Of a stretch of DNA of 64,000 nucleotides, positions 35,901 to 47,604 are shown one piece after another. Numbering within the stretch: position 1 is the stretch's first letter; each line of letters opens with the position of its first letter. The translations under genes and the position numbers were made by a program. The stretch spans positions 5,022,001 to 5,086,000 of the forward strand of contig OX337229.1 of assembly GCA_946965045.2 (NCBI GenBank), in the 5' to 3' direction. The DNA comes from Epithemia pelagica (lineage: Eukaryota > Protista > Bacillariophyta). Under the pieces are notes generated by a model, which saw nothing but the letters and a program-made list of their open reading frames with translations, made no database searches and was not told the origin of the DNA.

Positions 35901-38682
35901 GATGAACCACCATCACTGATAAGAGTCTCCATGGCACCACGAAACCGGATGTTGTCCTGAAGAGTATTGACAAACTGTTTGGTTGACTTGATCCCATAGA
36001 TATCAGTAACCAGAGTATCTCGACCAACAAAGATTTGTGCGACTTTACCGCCATGGTCAACAGCAGGGGTGTCGGAGAAAACCGAGTCAGTAGCAACGGG
36101 TTCATGACGTCGAGGTATATTAAGGACCGGATTGCGAGCCTTGAAATGTTTCTTGAGGGTGTCGTGGTCAAAAGTAATGCTACCATTACGTGTAGTGTGC
36201 TTGAACGTATCGGCAATAACATCTTCAGATTGCCAACCAAAGAATGGACGGAACTTCTTCCAGTCATACGCTTCCTGGTAACACTGGTGGACAGAGGCAT
36301 GAAGTGTAGGATCATTACCTTCTGCGTCAGCATAGATAGAAAAGAAGGGTGCGTTGTCAGGTCCATGATCGTATGGGAGATCCAAAAGGAGATTGAGGTT
36401 ACAAACAACACGATCAGTGTACTCCCCATAGTTGTCATATGGATGGTTCGACATACTACCATCAGTCTTGACGTGTTTCCAATCAGGATCATTGTCAGAG
36501 GGTGTGGGAGAATACGAATGGTCCAGAACACCAGGATCCCATGTGTCGGGTGACGTGAAGATGATCTGAGGTAAGGTATTCATGTCATTGTCGCTGGGGA
36601 TACCCAAGGAGTGGATGTAGGCTAACCCATCCTTGATGTGAAGGGGTATAGCACGACCATCAAGTGAAGTGATGCGTTGTTTACCATCAACTTTAACAGA
36701 TCGTTCATCAACAGCAAGTCCGAAATGCTCGAATTGACCAGGAGCATGGATAGATAAGCCCTTTCCATAATAAGCATATTCATTGAAGATGCCGACAATA
36801 GGTCCATCATTGGTCTCAAACTTTGCGGCACATGTGACGACAGGAAGTCCAGTAAGTTCATGGTTATCAATACCCACAATAGTGATATGGCGGCCAGTCT
36901 TAGAAAGGATGCGCATGTCAGAACCAGCAAGTCCTCCATTAGCACCACGGTCAATCAATTGATTTCCTGGTAAAGTAGATTTCCTGGAAAACAAATAGCG
37001 TGGAACATGTCCTGCTTGTTTATGCATGTTGGCTTTGAAAGTAACCTTCTTGCTCGTCTTGGACTTGGCGTCAGAAAGAACACTAGTCAGGTCAGTTGCC
37101 GGGTGCTTGATATCAGTCGTCATGGCTTGGTTGATAAATTGTGTAACCGGATCTGAATCATCTGGATGCTCAGGGACTACGCCAGGTGAGTCGTCATCAG
37201 ATGCAACTTGGTTGGGGTCAGGATCAGGTTCCGGATCAATGTCGAGGGCATGTGTTTGCACTTTCCTCGGTGTTGTTGATGAAGGTGCTTGAATCATCTT
37301 GTTATACTCAATGATCAACTTGCGATCTTCTTCAGAAAGTTTGAACCATAGGTCACGCGGTAGACTAACCTTGGACGAAGAGGATGGAGATTCAGATGTC
37401 ACTTTGGTGTTGTGGACATGATACTCCCTATCATCTTGTGAGGTTATGTCAGCATCTGTATCTTGGCCATATAGTGATTCATGTTGTTTAACATGTCGAC
37501 GGCGACTATGAACAGATGACTGGGTTGCTTGATCATGGTCATAAGCTGCGTCTAGAAGGAGACGGAAGTATGATTATAGCAAAGGGATTTTGCACCGGAT
37601 TTGGTGTTCACCACATTATCCAAGATCTTGACTCGGCGGAGATCAGGTACCTTTTCTACAGCTTGCATGAGGAAGGTCATCCTGGTATGATCAGGGATGC
37701 GATCAGACAATGTCACTAGATTGTCTAGCAAACGTAGCTGCTCTTGAAAGTGTAGAAGAAATTGACGTGTTGTTCCGGGCCATGTGTCGTCAAGACGTAG
37801 ATTGGAAATGTAGTTGGTTAAACGGAGGACTTCTCGTTTTGCTAGGTCGGATTCGGTATGCAAAGAGTGTAACTTCTGCAATACGGCACGCGCATCTTCA
37901 TCATGTTCATGTTCACGTACATAGGCTCGACCTTGGTCAGTCTGAATGATACGGACAAGAACGGAGTAAAGAAATACTTGTTGCTCTTGAAAAAGTTCTT
38001 CGGCATACTCATCATCATGGGGTGGTGTGTATTTGAAATTCAGAATGTTGGATAGGCCTTGAGCCTTAGCTGTAGTCTTGAATACACGCCAGAATGAATC
38101 GTAGTATCGTTCATCCTTGAATACCTCATATGCAGTTGCGTCGCGCTTAGTTCCCTTTCTGAATGCTGTAAGGTCTTGTTGAGATTGGGATGCGGCAGTA
38201 ACTGTGCTGACAGATTTCACAGATGACGGTGACTTCATTGGTGAGACTGGAACTTGGCTAGGTGGTCCCTTAGAGAAATCTGTGTTGATCCTCCAAGTGT
38301 TGAACTCTTTCCTTGTTAGGTTCATCCAGTCGCTATTGGATAGCTCGTCTTGAATTTCATTGGTCTTGTATATGGCCCAATAAGCCAAGAGCTTGATCTG
38401 CTGTCTTGTGGGGCCTTGTAGATCATGTGTCTGTTTGTTGACCTTGTATTGTGTCAGTTCGTTCATGGATTCCTCGGTATTAGTTTGCATATACGAGATA
38501 ACATGGGTAATGTTCTCAAAACCATGGTATTTCATCCACTTCATTAAGTAGTCAGCCCTTTCCTTGGTAAAGAATTGGCAGACAGTAAATATGATGTGGT
38601 CGAATAGGTCTGTGTTCGAGACATTGTCTTGGTTATCTTCTCCCTTAAGAGTCGTAGGTGTCTTGGGTGATTGAGGATCCAT
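32935..38682 (-). pseudogene. gag-pol of element 1, with two frameshifts
   Basis: Gag FRKGTKRD...; PR LIDRGANGG (CoDi-type DRG); IN with EPYHQHQNKAE; RT YIAVYVDDL; RH YVDAN...GDN. A 1-bp deletion near 37577 (by comparison with element 2) and a 61-bp tandem duplication at 34265-34386 break the frame. Confidence 0.93.
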
Positions 38683-39102
38683 GGTGTTATTTGGTTGGTT
38701 CGATGTTTATTTAATGTGCGGTGTGATGTGGTTTATTTAATGTGTGATGTGATGTGAACCCGGATGTACCACGTGTGCCACGTATGTACCACGTATGTGA
38801 TACCCGGATGTGTGTTGTGATGTGCGACTCCTGGAAATTTCCGTTGATTCCGACAAATTTTCGCCGAGTTTCAACGAATTTTCGCCGAATTTTCGCGATT
38901 TGACGGGAATGTGTGGCGTGTTGTGCGACCAAGGGTACCCGGATGTGCGTTGAGTTTAAGTCTTGGAAAGGTTTTTGAGAGGACGGGAGTTAACTATGAG
39001 TAATTAAGCTTCGGTCTCCGAATCCCCACTCTCTTCCGAATAATCAGAGTTGTTTCCAGGCTCAGATGGGGCAGCACAAGCAACAGAAGAAGGGGTATCT
39101 CC

Positions 39103-39783
39103 TTAAGCCAAGTGGTTCTCGACCTCGGTACGCAAAGGGAAGATAGTTGCACGATGGTCCTCGATGGTATGGACCTCGTGGATGTAGGCAACGTAGTTAT
39201 CTAGGCGTACAACGTTAGGAGGCAGAGGGCAAGTCGTCGCGTTCACGACGTAGATGGTATTGTAGTATCCAGTTGGGCGCTCGAAGGTTAGGAAGCGGAG
39301 GTGGACAGTACGAATGGGGTTGCCCGAGAGGGCGGCCAAGATGAGGCGACGCCTTGGAGAACGATGAAGTTGGTCGTTCAGACGGTCAATGTCTTCTTGG
39401 TCGACGATGTGGGTCACCGATTGGAACTGGCGTTCGATCTGGGTCTCCCCACGGATGATCTCGGGATCGAAGGTCGAAGAAGTTGGTTGACGGAAGTATT
39501 TGATATGATCAGCAATCAACCGGGTGGTACGACGGGATCGAGAAGGGACGAGCCGACGAGGCGGACTCGGGGGCCGAAGCAACGGCGCAGGGATCGGAGC
39601 GTGAGGCTGGGTTGGAGTCTCGAATGGGTTGCTGTTGGAACTGTCGACGGAGATGTTGACCGATGTGTTGGCTGCCTTCGGCGTCGGCACCAGTTCCTGC
39701 TGCACCAGGGTATCGGGCTGCCCGGGATGCAGGTTGGCTCGATAGATCTGTCGTACAGGAGTGATAAGCTCGTTAGTATCCAT
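39103..39783 (-). CDS. Extra sense ORF (226 aa, unknown function) between the PBS and gag of element 1
   Basis: ATG 23 nt after the PBS; Pro/Thr-rich N-half and globular-looking C-half; no recognised domain. Confidence 0.55.
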   Translation of the reverse strand: MDTNELITPVRQIYRANLHPGQPDTLVQQELVPTPKAANTSVNISVDSSNSNPFETPTQPHAPIPAPLLRPPSPPRRLVPSRSRRTTRLIADHIKYFRQPTSSTFDPEIIRGETQIERQFQSVTHIVDQEDIDRLNDQLHRSPRRRLILAALSGNPIRTVHLRFLTFERPTGYYNTIYVVNATTCPLPPNVVRLDNYVAYIHEVHTIEDHRATIFPLRTEVENHLA

Positions 39784-39805
39784 GAAACCACAAGGAAATA
39801 AGCTT

Positions 39806-39819
39806 TGAGACTGTTAATC
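39806..39819 (-). other. PBS of element 1 (GATTAACAGTCTCA)
   Basis: Directly abuts the 5' LTR; the identical 14-mer abuts the 5' LTR of element 2. Confidence 0.8.
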
Positions 39820-40603
39820 TGTTAGAATTCTCTTGGAATTGCAGTGGCGTTGATGCTCGGTAGAGCAGACAAGCAGGTAGTCACCAACCGATACAAACCT
39901 CTCCACGGGTAAGAGAGGAAAGCAAGTCGTAGTCTATCAAAAGGATAGTCGGGACACAAAAGAGGATGTGATAAATGGTGATATTGTTAGATTGTGTGTT
40001 GATTACTACGATAGGTCTACGTGAAATGTTCGGTCCTGCCAAGGGTCATGTGTCATAGGTTCTTGGCGGCAACAGGTTTGGAATAGTTGGAGTCGATTCA
40101 TGTGATGTATATGACATGTATATGTGGACGGATAACATATACAGGGTCAACAGCTCTTGCTTTGGGTTGGCATAGTTGTTTTCATGGCGCGCAGCTTGTT
40201 GACAATTTGGAGATTGTGGGAATGGAAATATGGTCTCGCGTGATCGTGTGTCGTGCTTGGTATACTTAGACCGTTGGGTTGGATAGATGCCGACAGCGCT
40301 CGGATGTCGCTTGGGCGCGCTCGATGATTTCGGGCGCGTACGCTTAGGGCGTTAGTATAATGTCCGAGCAACGGCCAAATTTACGTCCGTTGTAATACCG
40401 CACGACCCAGTTTAGTCTTGAGAGTGAGTTCGTCAATCTATTCTCACTTTTCATGATTTGCGAAGAAATATAGGTCGATATAGCGCGAAGCTAGGGAACA
40501 TAGCTTGAAGCTAGATGGCATGATGCGATAGCACGAGGCTATGTGACATGGGGAATCGATGAGATGTAGAATCTAACCACCATAGACGGTGAGAATTCTA
40601 ACA
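39820..40603 (-). repeat. 5' LTR of element 1
   Basis: Direct repeat of 32157-32940 with 13-bp terminal inverted repeats TGTTAGAATTCTC...GAGAATTCTAACA. Confidence 0.97.
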
Positions 40604-41842
40604 CCCCTTGTCTGTTTGGCTGCGGTTTGGTCGAAGAATTCTGGTCAAGGTCCTACATTGGCATCCAGATGTCGAAGTAAAGCTCCCTACGAAGAAGGAA
40701 GTCAGACGATTCAAGAAAGCCATACGACGCAAGTATCCAGTGCTACGAAATGTTTGGGGGGCCATGGATGGTTTAAAGGTTCCTATAGAGGCCAGTGCAA
40801 AGCACCAAAACCTGTTCGACAACGGGTGGAAGTGTGACCACTTTATTTCAAACCTCTTCTTGTTCTCTCCTGATGGGCGGATCCGGGCGTCGTATATTAA
40901 CGCGCCTGGATCCTGGCATGACTCGACGCTCGCTATCTATTCGGATACCTACAACAAGATAGATTCCATTCATGCCCGTGAACGTAATCGAGGAGGTGCG
41001 CGAGTTGTCGTTGATTCTGCATTCGGCTCGGAACGGCGACAGTCCCTTTTGAAGTCGTATCAAAGCAACACGGATCAAGAGGGTCGCATTCGACAGAAGA
41101 GTGAGTTGTTCCGAGCTGCCACTTCAGTGAGGCTGGCAGAATTCTCACCAACAACTAGGTTGTGGTGGAATCTACAACTCATCGACTGATGCTAGTATTT
41201 TATGGCATCCGATGACATTTTCGTAAAAGTGAGAAAAGAATGACGGCATGCTCGCAGACCTTTTAATTTCGGCCAAGGCATGCTCGCAATGCACGCGTTA
41301 TGAGCGACCGATCGGATATTAATTATGGCCCAACACGTGCGCGCCCATTATTCTCAAGCGCGCGCAATCAATATCCGAGTACGCACCTACACGACTTAGC
41401 CCAACGGCCTAAGTAACCGAAGCACGAATCACGATCACGCGAGACCATATCTCTATTCCCACAAATCAAAGAATGCAAACAGCAACGCGCCAAGGAAACT
41501 ACCTATATCATGACAAAGCAAGAGCTGTTGGCATTGGTATATGATATACAAGTGCATATACTTCCAATACACAATATCCATGTCTATTCCAACCATACCA
41601 GTCCTGTCAGCGCCATGAATATATCAGTCATGCACCCTGACCAGACCTGCACACCCACACACACACCGTAGTCCTAAAGCTCACAATCATTAACATTACC
41701 ATATCATCACGTCTTCAGTGTCCTGACTATCCCTACGATAGAACCCTTGGGTTTCCTTTGTTCTCTGACCCGTGGAGAACCTTGGTATCAGTTGGTAATC
41801 GATTGTGGCTCTTCTAGAGCGTGTATTGATGAATCTCTACTA

Positions 41843-41856
41843 GATTAACAGTCTCA
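41843..41856 (+). other. PBS of element 2 (GATTAACAGTCTCA)
   Basis: Same 14-mer as in element 1, immediately after the 5' LTR. Confidence 0.8.
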
Positions 41857-42451
41857 CTGCTTATTTCCCTGCAGTTGCAATTGAAACCTTACTTACCCAT
41901 CAACACCCGTTACAGATTGAGCTACCACAACAAACAAGAGTTAGAGGACAAAGCTACTCAACCCATCAACAGGGCCAGCCTGGCTAAGGCTAGGGTCACC
42001 AACCCTCTCCTATTCCAGGACCTCAAGCTGCACCAGGACTCCGTACAACTACCTTCCCAATACTCATCCAACCAGTGAACCACTTTTGTTGAGGACTACT
42101 ACGAGTACGACGAAGAAGCCGCCTTCTGTTACTGAATCTCCGGTTCAACTCGATCACCGCAACGAGTCTGGAAGTGACCAAGAATAAGTAACTTTAAGTA
42201 GTTTTCACACCAAACCGGAGACAAAACCAAGTTCCGCACATCCGGGTTACCTTTTGGACATCACAACACACATCCGGGTACTTCATACGTGGCACAGACG
42301 TGGCACATCCGGGTTTAGAAGGCACACCACACATCCGGGTTGAGACTTTTACATCCGGGTTCTCATCACGAAGCACAAGACATTACTAAAGTTCTCGACT
42401 AAGACATCGCAGGACACATATCAACATATCTCATCACCAAGTCGAGCAATC

Positions 42452-45400
42452 ATGGAACCGACTACATCGACCACACCAGAGTTCCACCCCAATCAAAGTA
42501 TATCTGATCAAGAAGTCTTTGATCATATTACTCAGGTGTTGTTCAACTTTTCCAAGAAAAGGGTCGATGTACTCACGAAATGGATGCATCATCATGCTTT
42601 TGATGATATACTCAGTATCATCAAACATATGGCGGATGACCCGGAGAAGAACATGGATAGTATGACAAAATGCAAGTCAGGAAAACAAATGCACGACCTA
42701 CATGTCAATACAAGCCAGCAGATCAAGTTGCTTGCCCGTTGGTTCCGACAAACGAGTATCGACATTCAGGGTATACCTTCCAAGGCAACCTGGATGAATC
42801 TGACCAAGGCAGAATTTGATCTATGGAGGATAAACACTGACTTTCACTCTGGAAGCCCTATCATTGACCTAGTATCACCCATGAAGCCTCCATCCCATTC
42901 GACGTCGCCCAAATCGTTTAGTACTACTTCTGCTGCATCGCAGTCCCAACTGGACCTAACCGCATTCAAGAAGGGAACCAAGCGTGACGCTATGGCATAT
43001 GAAACATTCAAGGATGAACGATACTACGACACGTTCTAGAGGACTTTCAAGACCACAGCAAAAGCCCAAGGTTTATCTCATGTTCTTGACTTCCGATACA
43101 AGCGGCCGAAAAATGATACGTATGCAACAGAACTTTTCCAAGAGCAACAGATCTTCCTATACTCCATCCTTGTGCGCATCATCCAGACTGACCAAGGAAG
43201 AGCTTATGTTCGCGAACATGAGCATGATGAAGATGCACGAGCAGTATTAGAGAAGCTTCACACATTGCATACGAAGTCAGACTTAGCAAAACGAGAGGTC
43301 CTACGATTAACCAATTACATCTCCAACCTTCGCCTTGATGATACATGGCGTGGATCATCACGTCAATTCTTGCTTCATTTCCAAGACAAACTACGTTTAC
43401 TCGATAACCTTGTTGATCTCTCTGATCGCATACCTGATCACACCAGGATGACGTTTCTTATGCAAGCTGTCGAGAAGGTACCTGACCTTCGCAGAGTTAA
43501 AATCTTGGACAACGTTGTCAACACAAAGTCTGGAGCAAAGTCTTTACGTTATCAATCGTACTTCTCCATTTTGATGGACACAGCATATGACTATGATCAA
43601 GTCACGCAATCTTCTGCAACTGGTCGTCGTCGTAGTGTCAAGCAACACGAGCAACACGAAACGCAACATGATATTGAGGGATCCCTTCAGGAAGACAATG
43701 CATATCAGATAAACAATACCAACGTCCAAGATGATAACACGGCATCTCCAAAAGCCAGTCTTCCTCGTGACCTATGGTTTAAACTTCCTGAGGATGCTCG
43801 CAAGGTGATTATTGAGTATAACAAGAACGTGCAAGCTCCTACTCCGAGTCCAAGAAACGTACAGCAACACTCCCTTGACATTGATCCTGAACCTGATCCT
43901 GACCCTGGTCAAGATGTTTTCGACGACCTGGACAACCTCACATATCCGCAGGATGATTCCGATCCAGCCACCCATCTCATCCATCAAGCAATGACGTCAA
44001 CCGACCTCAATCATCCAGCTTCTGATTTGTCTAATGTTCTATCCAATGCCGCATCCAAGACGAGTAAGAAAGTTAGTTTCAAACAGAAAGAGCACAAGCA
44101 GAAGACCCACATGGCTCAGTACATGTTCTCTCGAAAGTCAACCTATACTGGGAATCAACTCATCGATCGCGGTGCCAATGGTCGTTTAGCCGGAGCTGAA
44201 ATGCGTATCCTTTCCAAGACAGGTCGTAACATCACGACTGTGGGAATCGACAACCATGAGCTTACTGGTCTCCCTATTGTCACTTGTGCTGCCAAATTTG
44301 AAACTAATGACGGGCCAATCGTCGGCATCTTCAACGAATATGCATACTATGGAAAAGGACAGTCTATACATGCGCCTTGCCAATTAGAACATTATGGACT
44401 ATCTGTGGATGAACGTTCTGTCACGGTGGATGGGAAGCAACGCATCACTACTCTTGATGGACGTGCTTTACCTCTCTGTATCAAGGATGGTCTTGCCTAT
44501 ATTCAGTATTTGGGTGTTCCTTCTGATGACGACATGGACAGATCTGCTAAAGTTGATGGCAAACAATGCATCACTATACTTGGTGGACGTGCTATCCCTC
44601 TTCACAGCAAAAATGGATTATCATACATCCACTCCCTTGGTATCCCCAGTGATGATGACATGGACACATTACCCCAAATCATCTTCACGTCACCTGACAT
44701 CTGGGATCCTGGTGTTTTAGATCATTTGCATCCTGCCTCATCACCTGACAGTGCTTCTTACTGGCAACAAGTCAACACTGATGGTAGTATGACGCATCAC
44801 CCATATGACAATGACAATTATGGGGAGTACACTGATCGTGATGTCTGTAACCTCACTCACCTTTTGGATTTACCTTACGATCATGGACCTGATACACCTT
44901 CCTTCTCCTCACCCCTTATTGGAGACTCTTGTTCCAAACTGTACCATCAAGATCACAACATAAGGACTGAGAAGCGTTATCCTACCGTTAAGAAGATGCC
45001 TTACGTCATCATAAACGTTTCTGGTCATCTTCCTCTTCAGATCCTCAATGGTCGCCCACCTGATTTTTCCCCACCCCTTTTCTTCCTTCTCTGCGACAAG
45101 GTCTTCTCCTGTACCGAATCTTATGCACCCTATCTTTGTCCGGATGCCTCTTCAGGGGAGGAGTCACTTCCAAATAAACCCAATGACAAGCAAGCTGACA
45201 CCGTTTTCATTTGTAGCAAAGGTGAAGATCCATCCGCACAAATGCCTACGATCAAGAACTGCGACAAAATTTTTGGACAAGCGTTTCCTTACAAACCAGC
45301 AGAGGGAAATGGGGAGCAACAACAAGCATGTATAATCCAACACGTCAATTTAGAACAAGACGCTTTCAAGCAAGAAGCATGTATCAAGAAGTACATTTTC

Positions 45401-46723
45401 TGCAAACACAATTCCAATATTGACAAGAAGGTGATCTCATGCAGTCAACTTGTGGAATACAATGGACAGGACAACCAGGAACAGGCAACTGAAGATGTTG
45501 TTTTCCAATTCAGAGATGTTGTCATACATCAAGGACCTTTGAGCAGTAACAACAACCCTGACTCCAAAGGAAGTTACTGGAATGTACTTGTTGATTGGGA
45601 GACTGGTGTTGATTGGGAGACTGGGGAGATGATCTTTGAGCCTCCAACACCCACCATAACCATTGTCTATGGCAAGAAACATGACCTACTGAATGAACTT
45701 GGATGGAAGCATTTCAAGCATTTTGTCAAGATCAGTGAATGCCTCATTCAAGCTGCTAAACAGCAGTCAAGAATCAAGCAACTGAGTCTTTTTGTCAAGT
45801 ACAAGTTTGGTTACCCACACGTTCCACAGACACACAAAGAAGCAATTGTTTTAGACAAGCAACATGGCAAAAACAAGTGGCGAGACACTACCAATTTTGG
45901 ACCCTCACAGATTCAATCACTCAAGACATTGAAGGATCATGATCAAGTTCAAGTCCATCTTGGGAAAATGTTAGATGCACAAGAAGAGTATCACAACAAG
46001 ATTCAAGTCTATCGTGTGAAACATGATGATAGATGCAAGGCACTTCTTGTCACGTGTGAACATTTTACCAAAGAACCAGTTGAGGCAATCTGTCCATGTG
46101 CTATTTCCTTTTGCAACTTCCATACTACCATCTACCTTGGGCCTCTCAATGATAAGGATATATGGAGAGCATACATTGGAAATGCATGCAACCTGAAAGC
46201 TTTAGCTGGGGAGAAGACATTGATAGTTGCAAGACAAGAACTCAAGGAATTATGTCGCACCTTGGTTACCTACTACAAGACCTCAAATGGATTCGATTCT
46301 TCAGGAGAACGTCAACATGACTGTTTATTTGATGTCTTTCTTGATATGGATTTGTCACCAAGTAAAGCAATTCCCAATGTTTGGATGAAGAAAGCACCCG
46401 GGGAGAAGAGCTCTGAAGGTATCTGCAACAACTTTACACTCAAGAATGATGGATTTATTATCAACTGCCTCAGACGTTTTTATACACCAATCCAGAAGAT
46501 GTTCTCGGCAAACATTGGAAATTCTCCACATGCTAGACGATGTTCAAGACCTTCTTCTTCTTCTGGAATGGAAACAATCACAAGAACGACAAAGGAAAAT
46601 AACAATCCTCACTCAACGAATTGTGGGGAGTGGCAGAATTCTCACCAACAACTAGGTTGTGGTGGAATCTACAACTCATCGACTGATGCTAGTATTTTAT
46701 GGCATCCGATGACATTTTCGTAA
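42452..46723 (+). pseudogene. Degenerate gag-pol of element 2
   Basis: Gag is colinear with element 1 but has TAG at 43037-43039 (W in element 1). PR DRG is retained. The IN catalytic core, RT YVDD and most of RNase H are deleted. Confidence 0.92.
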
Positions 46724-47604
46724 AAGTGAGAAAAGAATGACGGCATGCTCGCAGACCTTTTAATTTCGGCCAAGGCATGCTCGCAATGCACGCGTTATGA
46801 GCGACCGATCGGATATTAATTATGGCCCAACACGTGCGCGCCCATTATTCTCAAGCGCGCGCAATCAATATCCGAGTACGCACCTACACGACTTAGCCCA
46901 ACGGCCTAAGTAACCGAAGCACGAATCACGATCACGCGAGACCATATCTCTATTCCCACAAATCAAAGAATGCAAACAGCAACGCGCCAAGGAAACTACC
47001 TATATCATGACAAAGCAAGAGCTGTTGGCATTGGTATATGATATACAAGTGCATATACTTCCAATACACAATATCCATGTCTACTCCAACCATACCAGTC
47101 CTGTCAGCGCCATGAATATATCAGTCATGCACCCTGACCAGACCTGCACACCCACACACACACCGTAGTCCTAAAGCTCACAATCATTAACATTACCATA
47201 TCATCACGTCTTCAGTGTCCTGACTATCCCTACGATAGAACCCTTGGGTTTCCTTTGTTCTCTGACCCGTGGAGAACCTTGGTATCAGTTGGTAATCGAT
47301 TGTGGCTCTTCTAGAGCGTGTATTGATGAATCTCTACAAGAGGCAGCTCTCTGAATGGGGGATGAATGGACTGCAAGCGTCATTCCCCCGTCTTATCCGA
47401 TTGCGGTAAGAAGAACAAGGAGAGCGGAAGATGGTCATGTCTCTGATCGTCCTCCTTTACAATTTCCGTGCCACCAACGTTGGGTTCAACCAGATCTCCA
47501 CAACCTTCTACCCTTCCCTCAATGCAACTCGAAAGAATGGATTTACATTGCAAGATTTGTAGTTACTAATAATTATTTGTTCGTACGATCTGATCTTAAT
47601 TTTT

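Larger units (their letters stand above)
32157..40603 (-). mobile_element. CoDi-type Ty1/copia LTR retrotransposon 1 (8447 bp, near full length)
   Basis: 784-bp LTRs with TGTT...AACA ends, TSD CCCCT, PPT (GTGGGGAG on the minus strand) next to the 3' LTR, and domain order gag-PR-IN-RT-RH. Confidence 0.97.
41134..47339 (+). mobile_element. CoDi-type LTR retrotransposon 2 (6206 bp, non-autonomous deletion derivative)
   Basis: 709-bp LTRs (41134-41842 and 46631-47339, only 2 differences seen by eye), TSD GAGGC, PBS at 41843-41856, PPT GTGGGGAG before 46631. Confidence 0.96.
31709..47562 (+). pseudogene. Harbinger DDE_Tnp_4-type transposase in three pieces (31709-32156, 40609-41133, 47345-47562)
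   Basis: Removing each LTR element plus one TSD restores the frame (GLTANP|LSVWLRFGRR and AATSVR|QLSEWGMNGLQASFPRL). Catalytic triad in GAMDG, VVVDSAF and LSEWG. One additional in-frame TAA lies in the last piece. Confidence 0.92.

Noticed and set aside
37552-37600. Programmed gag-pol ribosomal frameshift in element 1
   Set aside because: Element 2 is in frame at the same position and no slippery heptamer is evident, so a 1-bp deletion is simpler.
39301-39801. Plus-strand ORF in the leader of element 1
   Set aside because: Antisense shadow of the 226-aa ORF, with an alternative start and no supporting features.
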